Assembly (NCBI RefSeq): GCF_001194135.2
Contig: NC_068998.1
Location: 54,553,132-54,617,131 of the forward strand
Direction of reading: 5' to 3'
DNA length: 64,000 nucleotides
Origin: Octopus bimaculoides
Taxonomy: Eukaryota
Made by a program: the position numbers and the translations under genes. The notes under the pieces are model-generated. The model was not told the origin of the DNA. It saw nothing but the letters and a program-made list of their open reading frames with translations, and did no database searches. Positions 1 to 12,684 of this stretch are shown in pieces. The first letter of the stretch is position 1. The number at the start of each line of letters is the position of its first letter.

Positions 1-59
<59 letters not shown>

Positions 60-889
60 TACACATACATGTATTGATGCCATGTAAAATGCACTCAGTC
101 CACACTGTAAGGTGGTTGGTGTTTGGAAGCCATAAAAGCCCTGCCAAAACAAACAGGAAAGTCTGTTGCCGTCTTCCTCCTAGTCCCTTGCAAACTGTTC
201 AACCCATGCCAACATGGAAAACAGACGTTAAAGGATGATATCATCATCATCATCATCATCACCATCATCATCATTTCCACACCCACTTTTTCATTCTCAC
301 ATGGGTTGGGTGGTATTGTTTGGTGAATTTTTTTATGTCCAGATGCCTTTCCTGTCATTCACCCTTGCCTCTTTCCAAATAAAGTAAAATTTCCCTGCAG
401 TCAGACAATCTCCAGTGTAAATGGCTCTTGCCACAAAGAAATATTAATCTGCTCAGAAACAGTTGAAAGTTGGCAACAAGAATGACCTCCAGGTGTAGAA
501 AATCTGCCTCAGTGAACCCCATTGTCTGATTCATGCAAGTATGGAAAAGGGATGTGAAAACAATAGTGATGATGATGATGGTAGTGACAGAGACTGCTGT
601 TGGTCATATGTCTGCTGAACCGGAGCATTGGCAGAGTCAAAGAGCACCAAGAATATGACACGTATATTCTTGATGTGAAGAAAAGAAAGTCACCTTTTGG
701 AAAATTATGTAACGCATCACAAGATATATAAAGAAATTAATTCTATACTGAAATATATTTCTGTAATTATTCTAAAATAAAATGCTAGAGATTTTTTAAT
801 CCTTTGGGAAGAACATGAGTTCAATAAACAAAAGAATTGCAATTCCAGACATGTTTGATCTCATTTAACTCCAAAACAGTCAAAAAACA

Positions 890-920
<31 letters not shown>

Positions 921-1234
921 TATCTGTGCTCAGCCAGACTCTTTCAATAATATACAATATCATGAATAAATTATTTGATGGTGATGGTTTGGTTGCTGGT
1001 GTATGAGACAATTATGTGTCATGCTGTAGAGAATATTGACTAATTCATTAATTCTCTATAAAAATATGTTTAGGGTTATAACAAGATTAAAACTATAAAT
1101 ATTAATAATTAAATCTAAAAACTAAATGATTTCCAATTTGTTATGGAATTAAATATAAACTCTGTAAATGGCAAGTATTCTCATGCTAAACAGCTACTAT
1201 TTTCCTGCAGCATTCAATCTTTCCTTTTTCATAC

Positions 1235-1277
<43 letters not shown>

Positions 1278-1394
1278 TACTCTATGATAAAACTCTCAAA
1301 CATTGAGTCATTTTGTAACAAGTGCTGATTAATAATAATAATAATAATAATCCTTTCTAGTAAAAGCACAAGGCCTGGAATTTTGGGGGATGGT

Positions 1395-2078
1395 TTCTTC
1401 CTTGTTTAAGTTGGTGAATGCTGTCATAATCCTTGCTTTCAGCTCATCTTTGGTGTTACAAGGAGTTTTGTTGGTCTCTCACTCAACTGTGCCCCACACA
1501 TAATAATCAAAGGGGTTGTAATCTGGGGAGATAGGTGGCCAGATGTTAGGGGTGATGTGGTCACAGAAACTGTCTGACAGCCATGATTGGGTTCTCTTAC
1601 CTGTGTGGCATAGTGCAGAGTCCCGTTGCCAGACATAGGCAGCACAGCCTCCTCCAGGAACTTGATGCAGGCCTCTGTGCAGCACTATCCTCAGCTTGAC
1701 ATCTGTGCACTATCCTCAGCTTCACATCTGTGCACTATCCTCAGCTTCACATCTGTGCACTATCCTCAGCTTCACATCTGTGCACTATCCTCAGNNNNNN
1801 NNNNTGTGCACTATCCTCAGCTTCACATCTGTGCACTATCCTCAGCTTCACATCTGTGCACTCTGAGATGTTCATATTGAAGCTTCTAGTACAAATGCCA
1901 AGCAGTACAGTATGTTGTTTTCTGGCAGAGTGAATTGTGTCATGGTGCTGGTTTTCTCACAGATGGTGCCCAACTGACCCTACTACACTGTGCAGTCGAC
2001 AAAATAAAAACCAAACAATGCACATGCATGAAATTGAAAATACAAAATAGCAACAATTTATCCATTGTACCCTGTGTA
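1395..2078 (-). mobile_element. Internally deleted Tc1/mariner element of the DD37D (maT) group
   Basis: Minus-strand pieces: N-terminal HTH (MTQFTLPEKQHTVLLGIC...DVKLRIVHR, ATG at 1943), then TEACIKFLEEAVLP, then YVWQRDSA...WPPISPDYNPFDYYVWG with exactly 37 residues between the two Asp. In-frame TGA at 1481-1479. TA-CACAGGG end near 2078. Confidence 0.85.
1678..1862 (+). repeat. 25-bp minisatellite (TGTGCACTATCCTCAGCTTCACATC), at least 7 copies, interrupted by an N gap
   Basis: cactatcc recurs at 1683, 1708, 1733, 1758, 1783, then 1809 and 1834 after gap 1795-1804. Confidence 0.97.
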
Positions 2079-2200
2079 GATAATTACAACTAAGGAGAAT
2101 GGTTGATATTTATTCTCATGAAGATTGTTATATTATTTAATGATACATACTACAATTTATTGAACACCCAAAGGAAATTCTATGTATATGTATATTGACT

Positions 2201-2237
<37 letters not shown>

Positions 2238-3029
2238 GTCTCTCTCTCTCATATATATATATATCTATCTATATATATCTATATATATATATATATATAT
2301 ATAATAAATCTCCATCACCATTATCATCATCATTTTAATGTCTACCTTTCCATTCTTGCATGGGTCAGGTCAAACAGCACAGCATTACAGTACACTTTTC
2401 TACAAATGGATATCTTTCCTGGTGTCATTCAACCATAGAAGACTCTCTGTATGTGTGTGCGTGTGTGAAAGAGAGAGAGAATGAGAGTATAACAGACATG
2501 TACCCGAAACAGAGGAGGTAGTAAATTATCCACCAATGGCCTTATGAATATGAGAAGCTGTGTATTATTTTGCACCAGAAATTATATAACACAGAGTGTG
2601 TGTGTGTGTATTCACTTTGGAATCTTTCTTGTGTGAGATGTTAATAGCAAATTACCCAACTGAATCCTTGAAAATTCCATCTCCCTGTCATCTCAGCTTG
2701 ATGTAATAAAGTCTTTCTTTTTTTTTTCAAATTGGTTCCTGAAATCTTCTCCAAGAATTGTGATGGAGAAAACTGAAGAGAATTTTCAATGTCGGAACAA
2801 TGAAATATCTTTAAAATAAAACAAAAATTTTATTTTGTATTGTTTTTTTTATTCTCTGTTTCGGTTTTGTTTTCTTTTATATCTTATGTTTATTCTTAGT
2901 ATATAGGAACTTTCTGAGAACAAGTTCTCAGAAATATATATAGATACACACACACACACACACTCTCAGAAATATGCATATAAATATATAGATATCTATC
3001 TCTGTAGATATGTGCATGTGTGTGTATAC

Positions 3030-3120
<91 letters not shown>

Positions 3121-3484
3121 CATATATAAATAAATATATATATATCCCTCTAGCTAGGCAGCGAGCTGTCTATCTAAATATATAATATAAAACACACACA
3201 CACATACATATATACATGCATATAATCAGTTTGCAGACTTTAGATGGTTTCTACTGCACAATGCTATGATAAAAAAAAAGGTGAAAAAAGTTACGCTGGC
3301 AAAATATTCAAGTGTTCCGTTAGGAGGAACAATTTCTGTTATCCAAAAAGTCTTAGGAATTTGGGGTTGGAAAAAAGACTGGAAGTTACGAGGAATGATC
3401 ATATTTAATGAACATCATTTTAAAGATTTCAGGACAAAATATGCAGTTGTTCTAGATAACTCTGTTAAATGTTTCTTCTTTGTT

Positions 3485-3840
3485 GTTTACTGGTTTCAGT
3501 CATTGAACCGTAGCCATGCTGGAGTATTGTCTTGAAAGGTTTAGAAACAAATTGACCCCAGGACTTATTTTTAAGTCTGCTACTTATTCTATCAATCTAT
3601 TTTGATGAACTGCTAATCTATAGGGACATAAACAAACCAACACCAGTTAAGCAGTGGTGGAGGACAAACTCGAACACATACATACATCTATATATGACAC
3701 AGTTTCTGACTACAAACTCCACTCCCAAGGCATTGGTTGGCCTGGAGTTATAGAAGAAGGCACTTACCTCAGGTACTGTGCAATGGAACTGAACCCAAAA
3801 CCAAGTGAGCTTCTTAACCACACATATCTGTGCCTGTATA
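3485..3840 (-). mobile_element. tRNA-type SINE, family 1 (head + core + CA/TA spacer + tail A), near full length
   Basis: Head gtgtggttaagaagc...gttcagttccattgc, core ggcaagtg..ctatag..gacc, tail ccagcatggc..cagt..atgactgaaac; many related copies in window. Confidence 0.8.
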
Positions 3841-5013
3841 GTATATTTTATCCAAAACAATCAGAAGAATTTGCAAAAAGATTGAAGAAATGTTCCATGT
3901 TCTGATAGTTAAGTCAATGACCATTAAATGTCTACTCATTTTTCACACCCAACACTGACCATATATTTAAGCACTTCTTGCACAGGAACCATTCAAATTT
4001 ACAATAAAATAAAAAGAGCTTAATATAATATATTTATACACAAAAACAAAAAGAAGATCTCAATGTAGGCCTGTCTGTAATTATTCAGATATTCTTGCCT
4101 CCAGCCCAGAGGAGCGCCATCTTCTCTCTCCATCTTTTTCATTGATACTACAATAACTTTTGTTCCTCATCTTGGTAATCTTTTTTTTTTATCATTTCTT
4201 GTTTTACTCTTTTCCCTTCCTTGAAAAAGAAAATATATTTAAAATTTATCTGTAAATAATTTGCTATCTTCCACAATGTATTTTATTAAGAAAATACATA
4301 CTTATACACAAAAAAACTGTGTGTGTGTGTCTTTGGAAAGCTACTTTTTGCCAACCGAGGAATATTATATTATTACATAGTTTACTTTTGTTAGAGAAGC
4401 AGAATTAGATTAAAATAGCCATCTGTGAATCATACTTTTATGTAGAAACATTTTAAGAAGCAAATTTTCTGTGGTAATCCATCCGGATATAACATCTCTT
4501 ATGAATGTACTATGTTGTTTAAGGTATAATACCAAGATATAAATCAGAGGCAGGCAGAGATAAGCTTAGAAGCAGCTGGTGAGAATGATAGTTGCATTTC
4601 TGCCACAGCTTCTGTTGTGTAGAACAGATTTTTATTCAGTCAGAAGACTATTTGTAACACCCATAATTGTTCATTCATTTGTTTTCCCATATCAGTGGTG
4701 ACAACAGATTTCATCCATGCTTTCTCCCCAGGATGTACACCCACTGCAAAACCCTTCTTTGCACATTTTTTTTCTTGTAGCCATCAACTTGTCATCTATG
4801 TTCAATCTGAGCGACCTTGATAACGAATGGTAAGTGGCTGCAAAGACCATGGGCATCCTGCAGCTTCTTGCTGACCCCTGGCTAAACTGACCAAGAGCTG
4901 GTGACAAGGTACAATCATTGATAATTATTACCTTTTGAGATTTTTATTCCCATGCTGGCCACTTGATAGGATCGGTATTTTTAATACCGATCTTATCCTT
5001 ATTTATATAAATT

Positions 5014-5045
<32 letters not shown>

Positions 5046-5707
5046 TATATATATAGATATGCAGGGCAGGGAATCGTCAATTAGTAATAAAATTAATAAT
5101 TAACAATTTTGCCGGGTAGCTCAGTATGAAAAAACCTTCTTCGGTAAAAAACATTTATAATCATATATATATATATACATATATATATATTGTGTCTGGG
5201 GTGAGCCATTCATTTTTAGTGCCTTATTACTTAATACACACACCAGTTCGATTTCCACATATATACATACATACTTATAGAAACATGTATATACATATAC
5301 ATACACACATACATACACATATCCTTACACACACACATGGATGTATGTGTTATACGTAACAGTGTATGTTTCTCCTCTTCTCAAACTTATCCACTTTTTT
5401 GTCTTTCCTATTTTCCTTTTTTCTAATAACGCATAATTTTATTTGAAGAACCATTTGACTTGCAGACTTGGAAAAAAACAAAAACTGTATTTTACAAAAG
5501 TGTCAAAACCTTCGTATTTTTATTAAAAAACAAAAACTAAATACATCTTTTCTGTGTTGACATTTGAGGGGCAAATGAAATAAAGTTAGAATATTGCTCT
5601 ACAACAAGTGTATTGTTCAAGTTTTAAGCAAGATTAAGAAGAAAGATAAGGATTACACATATAATTGCATCAATAGAGGTTATGTGTGTGTGTGTCTGTA
5701 TACATAT

Positions 5708-5764
<57 letters not shown>

Positions 5765-5804
5765 TGTATGTATATATATATATATATATATATATACATA
5801 CATA

Positions 5805-5847
<43 letters not shown>

Positions 5848-6104
5848 TACCGTTGTGTCATTTTGTAAATATGATGCAGTGGTGTTAGTAGCTGCAATCT
5901 AACAGAGATTAGTCGTTCCTCTTTCTACCAGATTCAATCCTGTTATCGTTCATCTAATTGATACGTGTGTGTGTGTGTGTAGCTATATATGTATGTGAAT
6001 GCGTGTATGCATATGCAAATGTATGCATATGTGTATGTATATATATATATATATGTATATGCATGTGTATGTATATATGTGTGCACATACATATATGTGA
6101 GTTA

Positions 6105-6135
<31 letters not shown>

Positions 6136-8032
6136 GCATACATATATATATATGTGTATGCATATGCAAATGTATGGACATATGTGTGTGTTTGTATGTG
6201 TGGGTGTGTATGTATACTCACACACACACACACAAATATATATATATATATATGTATACACATCCACCCACATATATATGCATACACACACACACACATA
6301 CATTAATGGTCATAGAATTCATTTTTTGTGTTTACAGACTTTTCCCTTCAGTAAAAAAAAATGGGGTTTTTTTCCCCAACAGAACACGAATAACTTTGCT
6401 TTCGTTTCCCCTATTTCTCTGTGAATGAGAATTGTGGCAAATTCCTCAGGCATTATTAAAAGAAAGAATATTAATCTCTGTGGTTAAGTACTCAGAGACA
6501 CCAACTGCCATGAAAAGCAGCAGTTAAATTCAAGTCAATGTATTTAATGCTATATATCCCTCATGTTGCACCCTACTGTCTTAGAAGGGTAAAGACGCAG
6601 TTGATAATGTGGTCCTGAATACACACCACCGGGGGAAAAGGCAGGATGGTTATGTTTGGAATGTCTTTCATCCTTGGATGGTTCAATCAGAGCTAGTCTT
6701 GGGCAAAACAGCCAATGAGCAATAGCAGCAGTAAGGAAGCAAAAACCATAATTCTCTTCAGCTGGTTGGGAACTCTGAGATGTCATTCAACTCAACCAGT
6801 TCTAATTCCTTTTCAATAGCAATCGAATGAAATATAATTTCTAAAAGAATTCTGGTGGAATATATTCAATTATAACATTGTAACGTTACCAAAATGCTTC
6901 AGCATAGTCGGCACTCTTCTAGGCACAACTTTAAAAGCCTACGGCAGTATATTGTGGATTACATTCTGAGATTAAAACAAATGGAAGACAGAAACTAACT
7001 AGAGACCAGGATAGAAATAAATGCTGAAGAAAACGTTTATTAAATTAGCTTGAAGCATTAGTTTTAAGCTGGTTACAACGGAGATATTAATATGGAATAT
7101 TCACTAAGACTTTCATTTGCTATCTTTCTTGCTTTACACTAAAATATCTATCTCTAATATAACAATAACTTGCTCTAAAGTCAGTCAAGTAAATACTTGG
7201 CTAGAATTCTTCAGAAATTGACCTAAAACTAAAGAAATCCATAGTTTTGTTCTCAGTGAATTTAATTTTCATGATTAAATTCTTATTGGTCAGCAAACAC
7301 ATCAAATTCTATTTCAGTAAAATCTATACAAATGATATATTGATATTGTTGCATCTCAGGAGGGTCATTATGCCAGTAATACACATGTACACACACTGGT
7401 TCTGTTTCACTTCTTTTCTTATTATTAGTCAATTAGACAACACAAATACAAAAACAAGTTACCCAGTGAGTCCATGTGAACTAAAGAAAGACAAAGTTGA
7501 AATATGGTGCTCCTATAATGTAGTTTATTTCTGATAAATTTACGATTTCATACTTTATTCCAGTATATTGTCACAACATTTTACTTACATTCACAGAATC
7601 ACACATTTTCTTCGAAAAACCAATTTAAAATATCTTTCAGTGAGTGTGTCTGATAAAACATACTAAATTTGTTTTTTTCCACAAAATATATTTGTTAAAT
7701 AGGGCTACATCTCATGCAAGAGTGTGTCTTATATTCTGGTAAATACAGAAAGTTTTCTTTAACAGATTTTAAATTTTAAAAACATCAAAATAATTTCCCT
7801 CCATAATTTGAACATTTCTTCACAGAGAAAGAAAAAAAAAAGAAAAAAAACTTTGATTAAATCATTTGAATTCAGTGCAACAAAAAGTTGGAAGTTGATA
7901 TCTTATGATAAAAAAATTTCACCAAAAGAAATTTTAAATGATTTTAAAAACTTTAATTGAAAATGCTGTTATTTTTACTAATACAATGGCTACAGTTATG
8001 TGTCTGAGTGTATGCACGTCTGTGTGTATGTA

Positions 8033-8064
<32 letters not shown>

Positions 8065-8579
8065 CATATACATGTATGTGTGTGTGTAGATGTATAAGAT
8101 CTGGATGAAATAATTACAATCTGGAATTATAATAATATTCCAGCGTAATGTTTCATTGCTTAGAGCAGACTTTATACTAACAGCAAGTACTCAGTATTAC
8201 CCAGATTAATAGAAAAAAAGCTTAACTAAATTACACCTGATATAAAAAAAAAAAACAAAGAAAACCATTTTCGTTTTGCAATCCCTGCTCCCACCATGAA
8301 TCTGAGTTTCTTAATGATTTTAGAAAGATCTCCGTTAACGCTTGCAGGGTTATATTTCAGATGAAATCTCTCATGTTGGAAAAAAATTTTAAATATACAC
8401 CAATGTGAACTAAAAGAAGTTAAAAAGGAAAAAAAAAATAATAATAATAGACAAAGTAAAATAGAATATAAAAATTATACTAATTTGAAACATTTTAATT
8501 AGGAAATGAAAGAGAAAAACACAAACAAAAACTATCTGATAGAATTAAAAATAAATGAAACTATATGTTGTTACTGATA

Positions 8580-9040
8580 TAGTTGTGTGGTTAGCAAGTT
8601 TGCTTTGCAACAATGAGGTTCCTAGCACAATCCTACTGATCAAAACACCTTGAGCAAGTATTTTCTTTTTACTGATGCTTCAGGTTAACGAGTATCTCAC
8701 GCAAGTGTCTTCTCTTGTAACACAGATTGAGTGGGTTTGGTAGATAGAAACTGCAAGAAGTCCATCATGTGTGCATGTATGTGTATATATAGGTATATAT
8801 ATATATATATATATATATATGGCCGTTGCCAGTACCGCCTGACTGGCCCTCGTGCCGGTGGCACATAAAAAAGCACCCAGTACACTCTCGGAGTGGTTGG
8901 CGTTAGGAAGGGCATCCAGCTGTAGAAACTCTGCCAAATCAGATTGGAGCCTGGTGTAGCCATCTGGTTTCACCAGTCCTCAGTCAAATCGTCCAACCCA
9001 TGCTAGCATGGAAAGCGGACGTTAAATGATGACAACGACG
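8580..9040 (+). mobile_element. SINE head/core (8580-8770) + (TA)n + very well-preserved tail-B module (8821-9040) ending in (GAT/GAC)n
   Basis: Tail B: ggttggcgttaggaagggcatccagctgtag...ccaacccatgctagcatggaaa.cggacgttaaatgatga. Degraded copies at ~110-250, 20065-20225, 37740-37930 (minus), 47020-47150, 58060-58250. Confidence 0.75.
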
Positions 9041-9589
9041 ATATATATATATTTATATACGTGTCTGTGTGTGCATGATGTGTTTGTGTGTATGCTTGTG
9101 ATGTTGTTCATTTCCAGTCTTTCACAGAAAACATGTTTGGCTGTGGAGGGGAAATATTTACCTTTCTTGGAAACAGGTGACGATTGGTTGTAAGAAAGAC
9201 ATCCAACGGCAGGTAAAAATCTTCCTCAAGAAATTCTGACTCACGCAAGCATAGAAAATATGATGATGATGATAATGGTGGTGATGATGATGAGGAGGAG
9301 GAAGAGGACAATGATGATGGGCTTCTGTTCAGTTTCTGTCTCCCAAATTTCATTGACAGGGCATTGGTGAAGCCAAGGTTATAATAGAATACACTTTAAA
9401 GCAAACATCTGAACCATACAACATCGCCTGAAGCCATAAAAGAAGTAGAACCAGAAGAAGAAATTATATATTTTTTAATCTTTTATCACTGGTTTCAGCC
9501 AGTTGCTGCGGCCATGCTGGAGCACTGCCTTTGTTCAAATTCTCTTATTAATCTTTTTTTTGGTTTCGAAACAGGCAAGTGTTGTAACA

Positions 9590-9960
9590 AACCTTTGTTC
9601 ACCAAAAAGTCTTGGTGTAGTTGTAGATATTCAGAAATGAGTTAAATCAAGTTACTGCATCCTTTTCACTAAATTGCTCGACGTAACATGCTTTAGTTTA
9701 CATTTTCTAGTTTACCAATGGATGCTAGGGAAAGAAAACAAAATGTGTTATTGAAATTCTCTTGTACAAATTGGAAATTTCTTCTGATGTATCGCTGACT
9801 ATGGTTTCTGGTAAAGTTGAAATCATTGTTCCTGACAGCAGTTTCTGGGCAAATTGTATATCATTGTCGTTGACTATGGTTTCTGGCAAACGCTGAATTG
9901 TAAAGAATTCCTTCAATATTTAAAAATGTTTTGACATCATGTACATCAATAGTCATGACA
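9590..9960 (-). mobile_element. Decayed Ty3/Gypsy LTR-retrotransposon integrase fragment
   Basis: LKEFFTIQRLPETIVNDNDIQF and LPETIVSDTSEEISNLYKRISITH resemble the integrase-core motif LxxxFxxxGLPETIVSDNGxQFTSxEF. Confidence 0.7.
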
Positions 9961-11009
9961 GCAACTAACAAACATTTTCAATGTTTCACCATTACAATAT
10001 ACATTACAGAAGTTCGTTTATGGCTAAAAGCAATTCCTATTTTATTCTGTTCACAATTTGATTTTAGCATTTTACACCCTTTTCTACTTTGTTTATTTTC
10101 TTTCAATTTGGTTTCAGTTTTTGTATTATTTAGAAAATTAATCAGGAATTCAGGAATGCAAATAATTTTTCTCTGGTCAAGTACATGTTCTGCTGGTTAG
10201 AACTTACCAATTTCTGCAATCCTGATTATATTCCATTCACATTTTCATTTTAGTATTTCACACCATTTTCTGCTGTATTTCTGTTATCTTACTTTTGGTT
10301 TTTATTCCTGTGTTCCTCAGAAAATTAAGTAATTCAGGAATATAAACATTTCTCATTGGACAAGGATTTTTTTTAACTGCTTTCAACATACTTTTATACT
10401 TTCAGTGAAATTTACTTCAGAAATCTTCACTTTATTTTTCCTTCTTTTAATAAGATTGGGTGTGTGCCTCAGTTTTAGATTAAATCATTGGGGGTAACTT
10501 GAAAAAGGGGTTGTTGAGAGGAAAGGCAGCCAGTCATAAAACACTGTCTCAGAAAATCTATCCATTCCATGCCAACATGGGAAAAGGACATGATGCTTTT
10601 TTTCTAGTAAAATGTCAATTGTTGAATGCCACACACAGACATGGTCATATGTATAGCTATGTATACACACGTAATCAATGTTTAAATCATTAAATACACA
10701 CACACACCTTTTTTATATTTTTCCTCGTAAAACTCTCCCCAATTTTCTCAATCAAAGATTGTTCCACCCCAAGGTATTTGTCATACAATAAGAGGCACTA
10801 ATTAAAGGTGTTGGTCATCTTAAGGCGACAATAAAAGATGCTAATCCAAGATGTTGGTCGTTTCAAGGTTAAAAAAAAGATACAACAGGCTTCTTTCAGT
10901 TTCCTTCTACTAAATCCACTCACATGGCATTGGTCAGCCCAGAGCAAAAGTAGAAGACCAAGTGCCTAAGGAACTTATCCTGCTATGCTCTCTTTTCATC
11001 TAATTCCAG

Positions 11010-12684
11010 AACAAATCTGATGATGACATCACAATATTCAGATGAAGACCAACAACGTAAAAATCCTCTCTGACAATAACCATTGTCTTTTTTTTTATTT
11101 TTACTTTTGTCAACTAAATGCTTCTCCAAAATGAATCCATTCCAAAACACCATGTGGACATGAAGCTGTGCTATTTACAGCACCAGCTTTTATTCATCAA
11201 CTGCATTTCTCTGCACTTGTTCTTTATTTTGAAGATAAAGATATATTATTATGGTTGATGGGTTGGATGTAGCACTGATGAAAGAGCAATAAATCCTGAA
11301 ATATGCATATACACCCATTACCTACTTTTCTACTTTCGGTGGCACTGTTTACAGTGACGTATTTGTATACAAAACATTGTAACTTTCAGTGTTAGCTTTA
11401 AATTCTATAGAAAATCTGCAGAGATAACTTAAAAAGTGATTACATTTAGAATGCCAAGTGAACCAGACTTTGAGTTCACAAGTTTAAATATGACAAGAGA
11501 AAACAAATATTTTATCTTAGCATCATTAGAAATTCCTCGATGGGCTTGTTGACTCTTTGAATTAAGAAGCTATGTTCGCATAATAGGAACCAAAAACACA
11601 TTTGACATTTCAATCATTAATCCGAAGCTCAGTCAATTCTTGATAAGCTACACGTTTTATACTTGGTTACCTGTCAAAGATGTATTTGTGTGACAATTAT
11701 AAAGTGTTTAATCTGATAGCTGAAGCAGAAGCAGTTCAGGTAAACTTGATGGATAGCAAATGGAACAACTACAACAATCAGACGTTCACAGAAATGTCTG
11801 TGTTGTATCAAAGCACCACCAAGAATCAATCAATTTCTTCAATAAAATCATGGTGAATTTATGCAGGTTGCAATAGAGATAGGAAAAAAAAAAAAGAAAA
11901 AGATGAAAGGGCTGAAAACATGAGACCTTATTTTTGATTTCAGTGAAAATTTCTTCTGTGGCTACAATTGTTGTGAAAAGTTCCACAGACATGGCAATCA
12001 CAGCTTACAATGGAAACTAAAGAAAATGGTAATTTTGTGCCAGATTTGGACTATCTTTTGTCTTTTGCTTCAGTCAGTGGACTGTGGCCATACTGGGGCA
12101 CTGCCTTGAAGGATTTTACTTGAATAAATCAACCCCAGGACTTATGTTTTTTTTAAAGTCTGGTACTTATTCTATCAGTTGCTTTTGTTGATCTGCTAAG
12201 TTACAGGGATAGAAACAAACCCACACGAGTAGTCAAGTGGTGGTGTGACAAACACAAAGACACATACTCACACACAATGGGCTTCCACACAGTTTCCATC
12301 AAGCAAATTTACTCACAAGGGATTGGTAGGCTTGGGGCTATAGTAGAAGACACTTGCCCATGATGTCATGCAGTGGGACAGAACCCAAAACCCTGTAGTT
12401 TCCCCCAGCGAGCTTCTTAACCACACAGCCAAGCCTGTTCCACATGGTAGATGGGTGTTCAAAAGAAATTGCTTTAATTCAAGAGACGTTTCTAAACCAA
12501 TTGTCTGTAGACAAATTTATTCACTGGTGTTATAATATATTGAGAAAAATGAAAATTTGATTCAGCCAGAACTGAAGGAAAAAAGATGAGAAAAATGAAG
12601 AATTCTTCAAAAATATTACAAAACAATACAAAAATTGTTTGATTTGTTTTTCAGAACCAGAAAAATCCAAAGTTCTTTTGTTGA
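11010..12684 (+). CDS. Candidate 3' end of an unidentified plus-strand spliced gene (putative exons 11010-11056, 11720-11852, 11944-12028, 12655-12684)
   Basis: AG/GT-bounded segments; each of the first three has a single open frame and the phases chain (2->1, 1->2, 2->0, 0->stop); AATAAA near 12759; no recognised homology. Confidence 0.28.
12060..12435 (-). mobile_element. SINE family 1, full length
   Basis: Same head, core and tail order as 3485-3840. Confidence 0.8.

Noticed and set aside
1678-1862. 25-bp repeats as a CRISPR-like array
   Set aside because: Units are contiguous with no unique spacers, the context is eukaryotic, and the unit derives from transposase coding sequence
4791-4839. 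Plus-strand exon-like segment (cttgtag...G|gtaagt; INLSSMFNLSDLDNEW), plus 4534-4588
   Set aside because: Phases do not chain convincingly with neighbours and no homology was recognised; could equally be a hAT relic (LDNEW motif)
5594-6428. Many overlapping ORFs rich in HT/IY/CV (also near 2.9, 25.9, 38.7, 49.5 and 56.9 kb)
   Set aside because: Translations of (TA)n/(CA)n microsatellites or N gaps
6550-6786. Minus-strand ORF, with a signal-peptide-like MVFASLLLLLLIGCFAQD* in another frame
   Set aside because: Immediate stop, no consistent splice context, no recognised homology
8255-8370. Minus-strand exon-like frame RFHLKYNPASVNGDLSKIIKKLRFM
   Set aside because: Poor acceptor and no partner exons found
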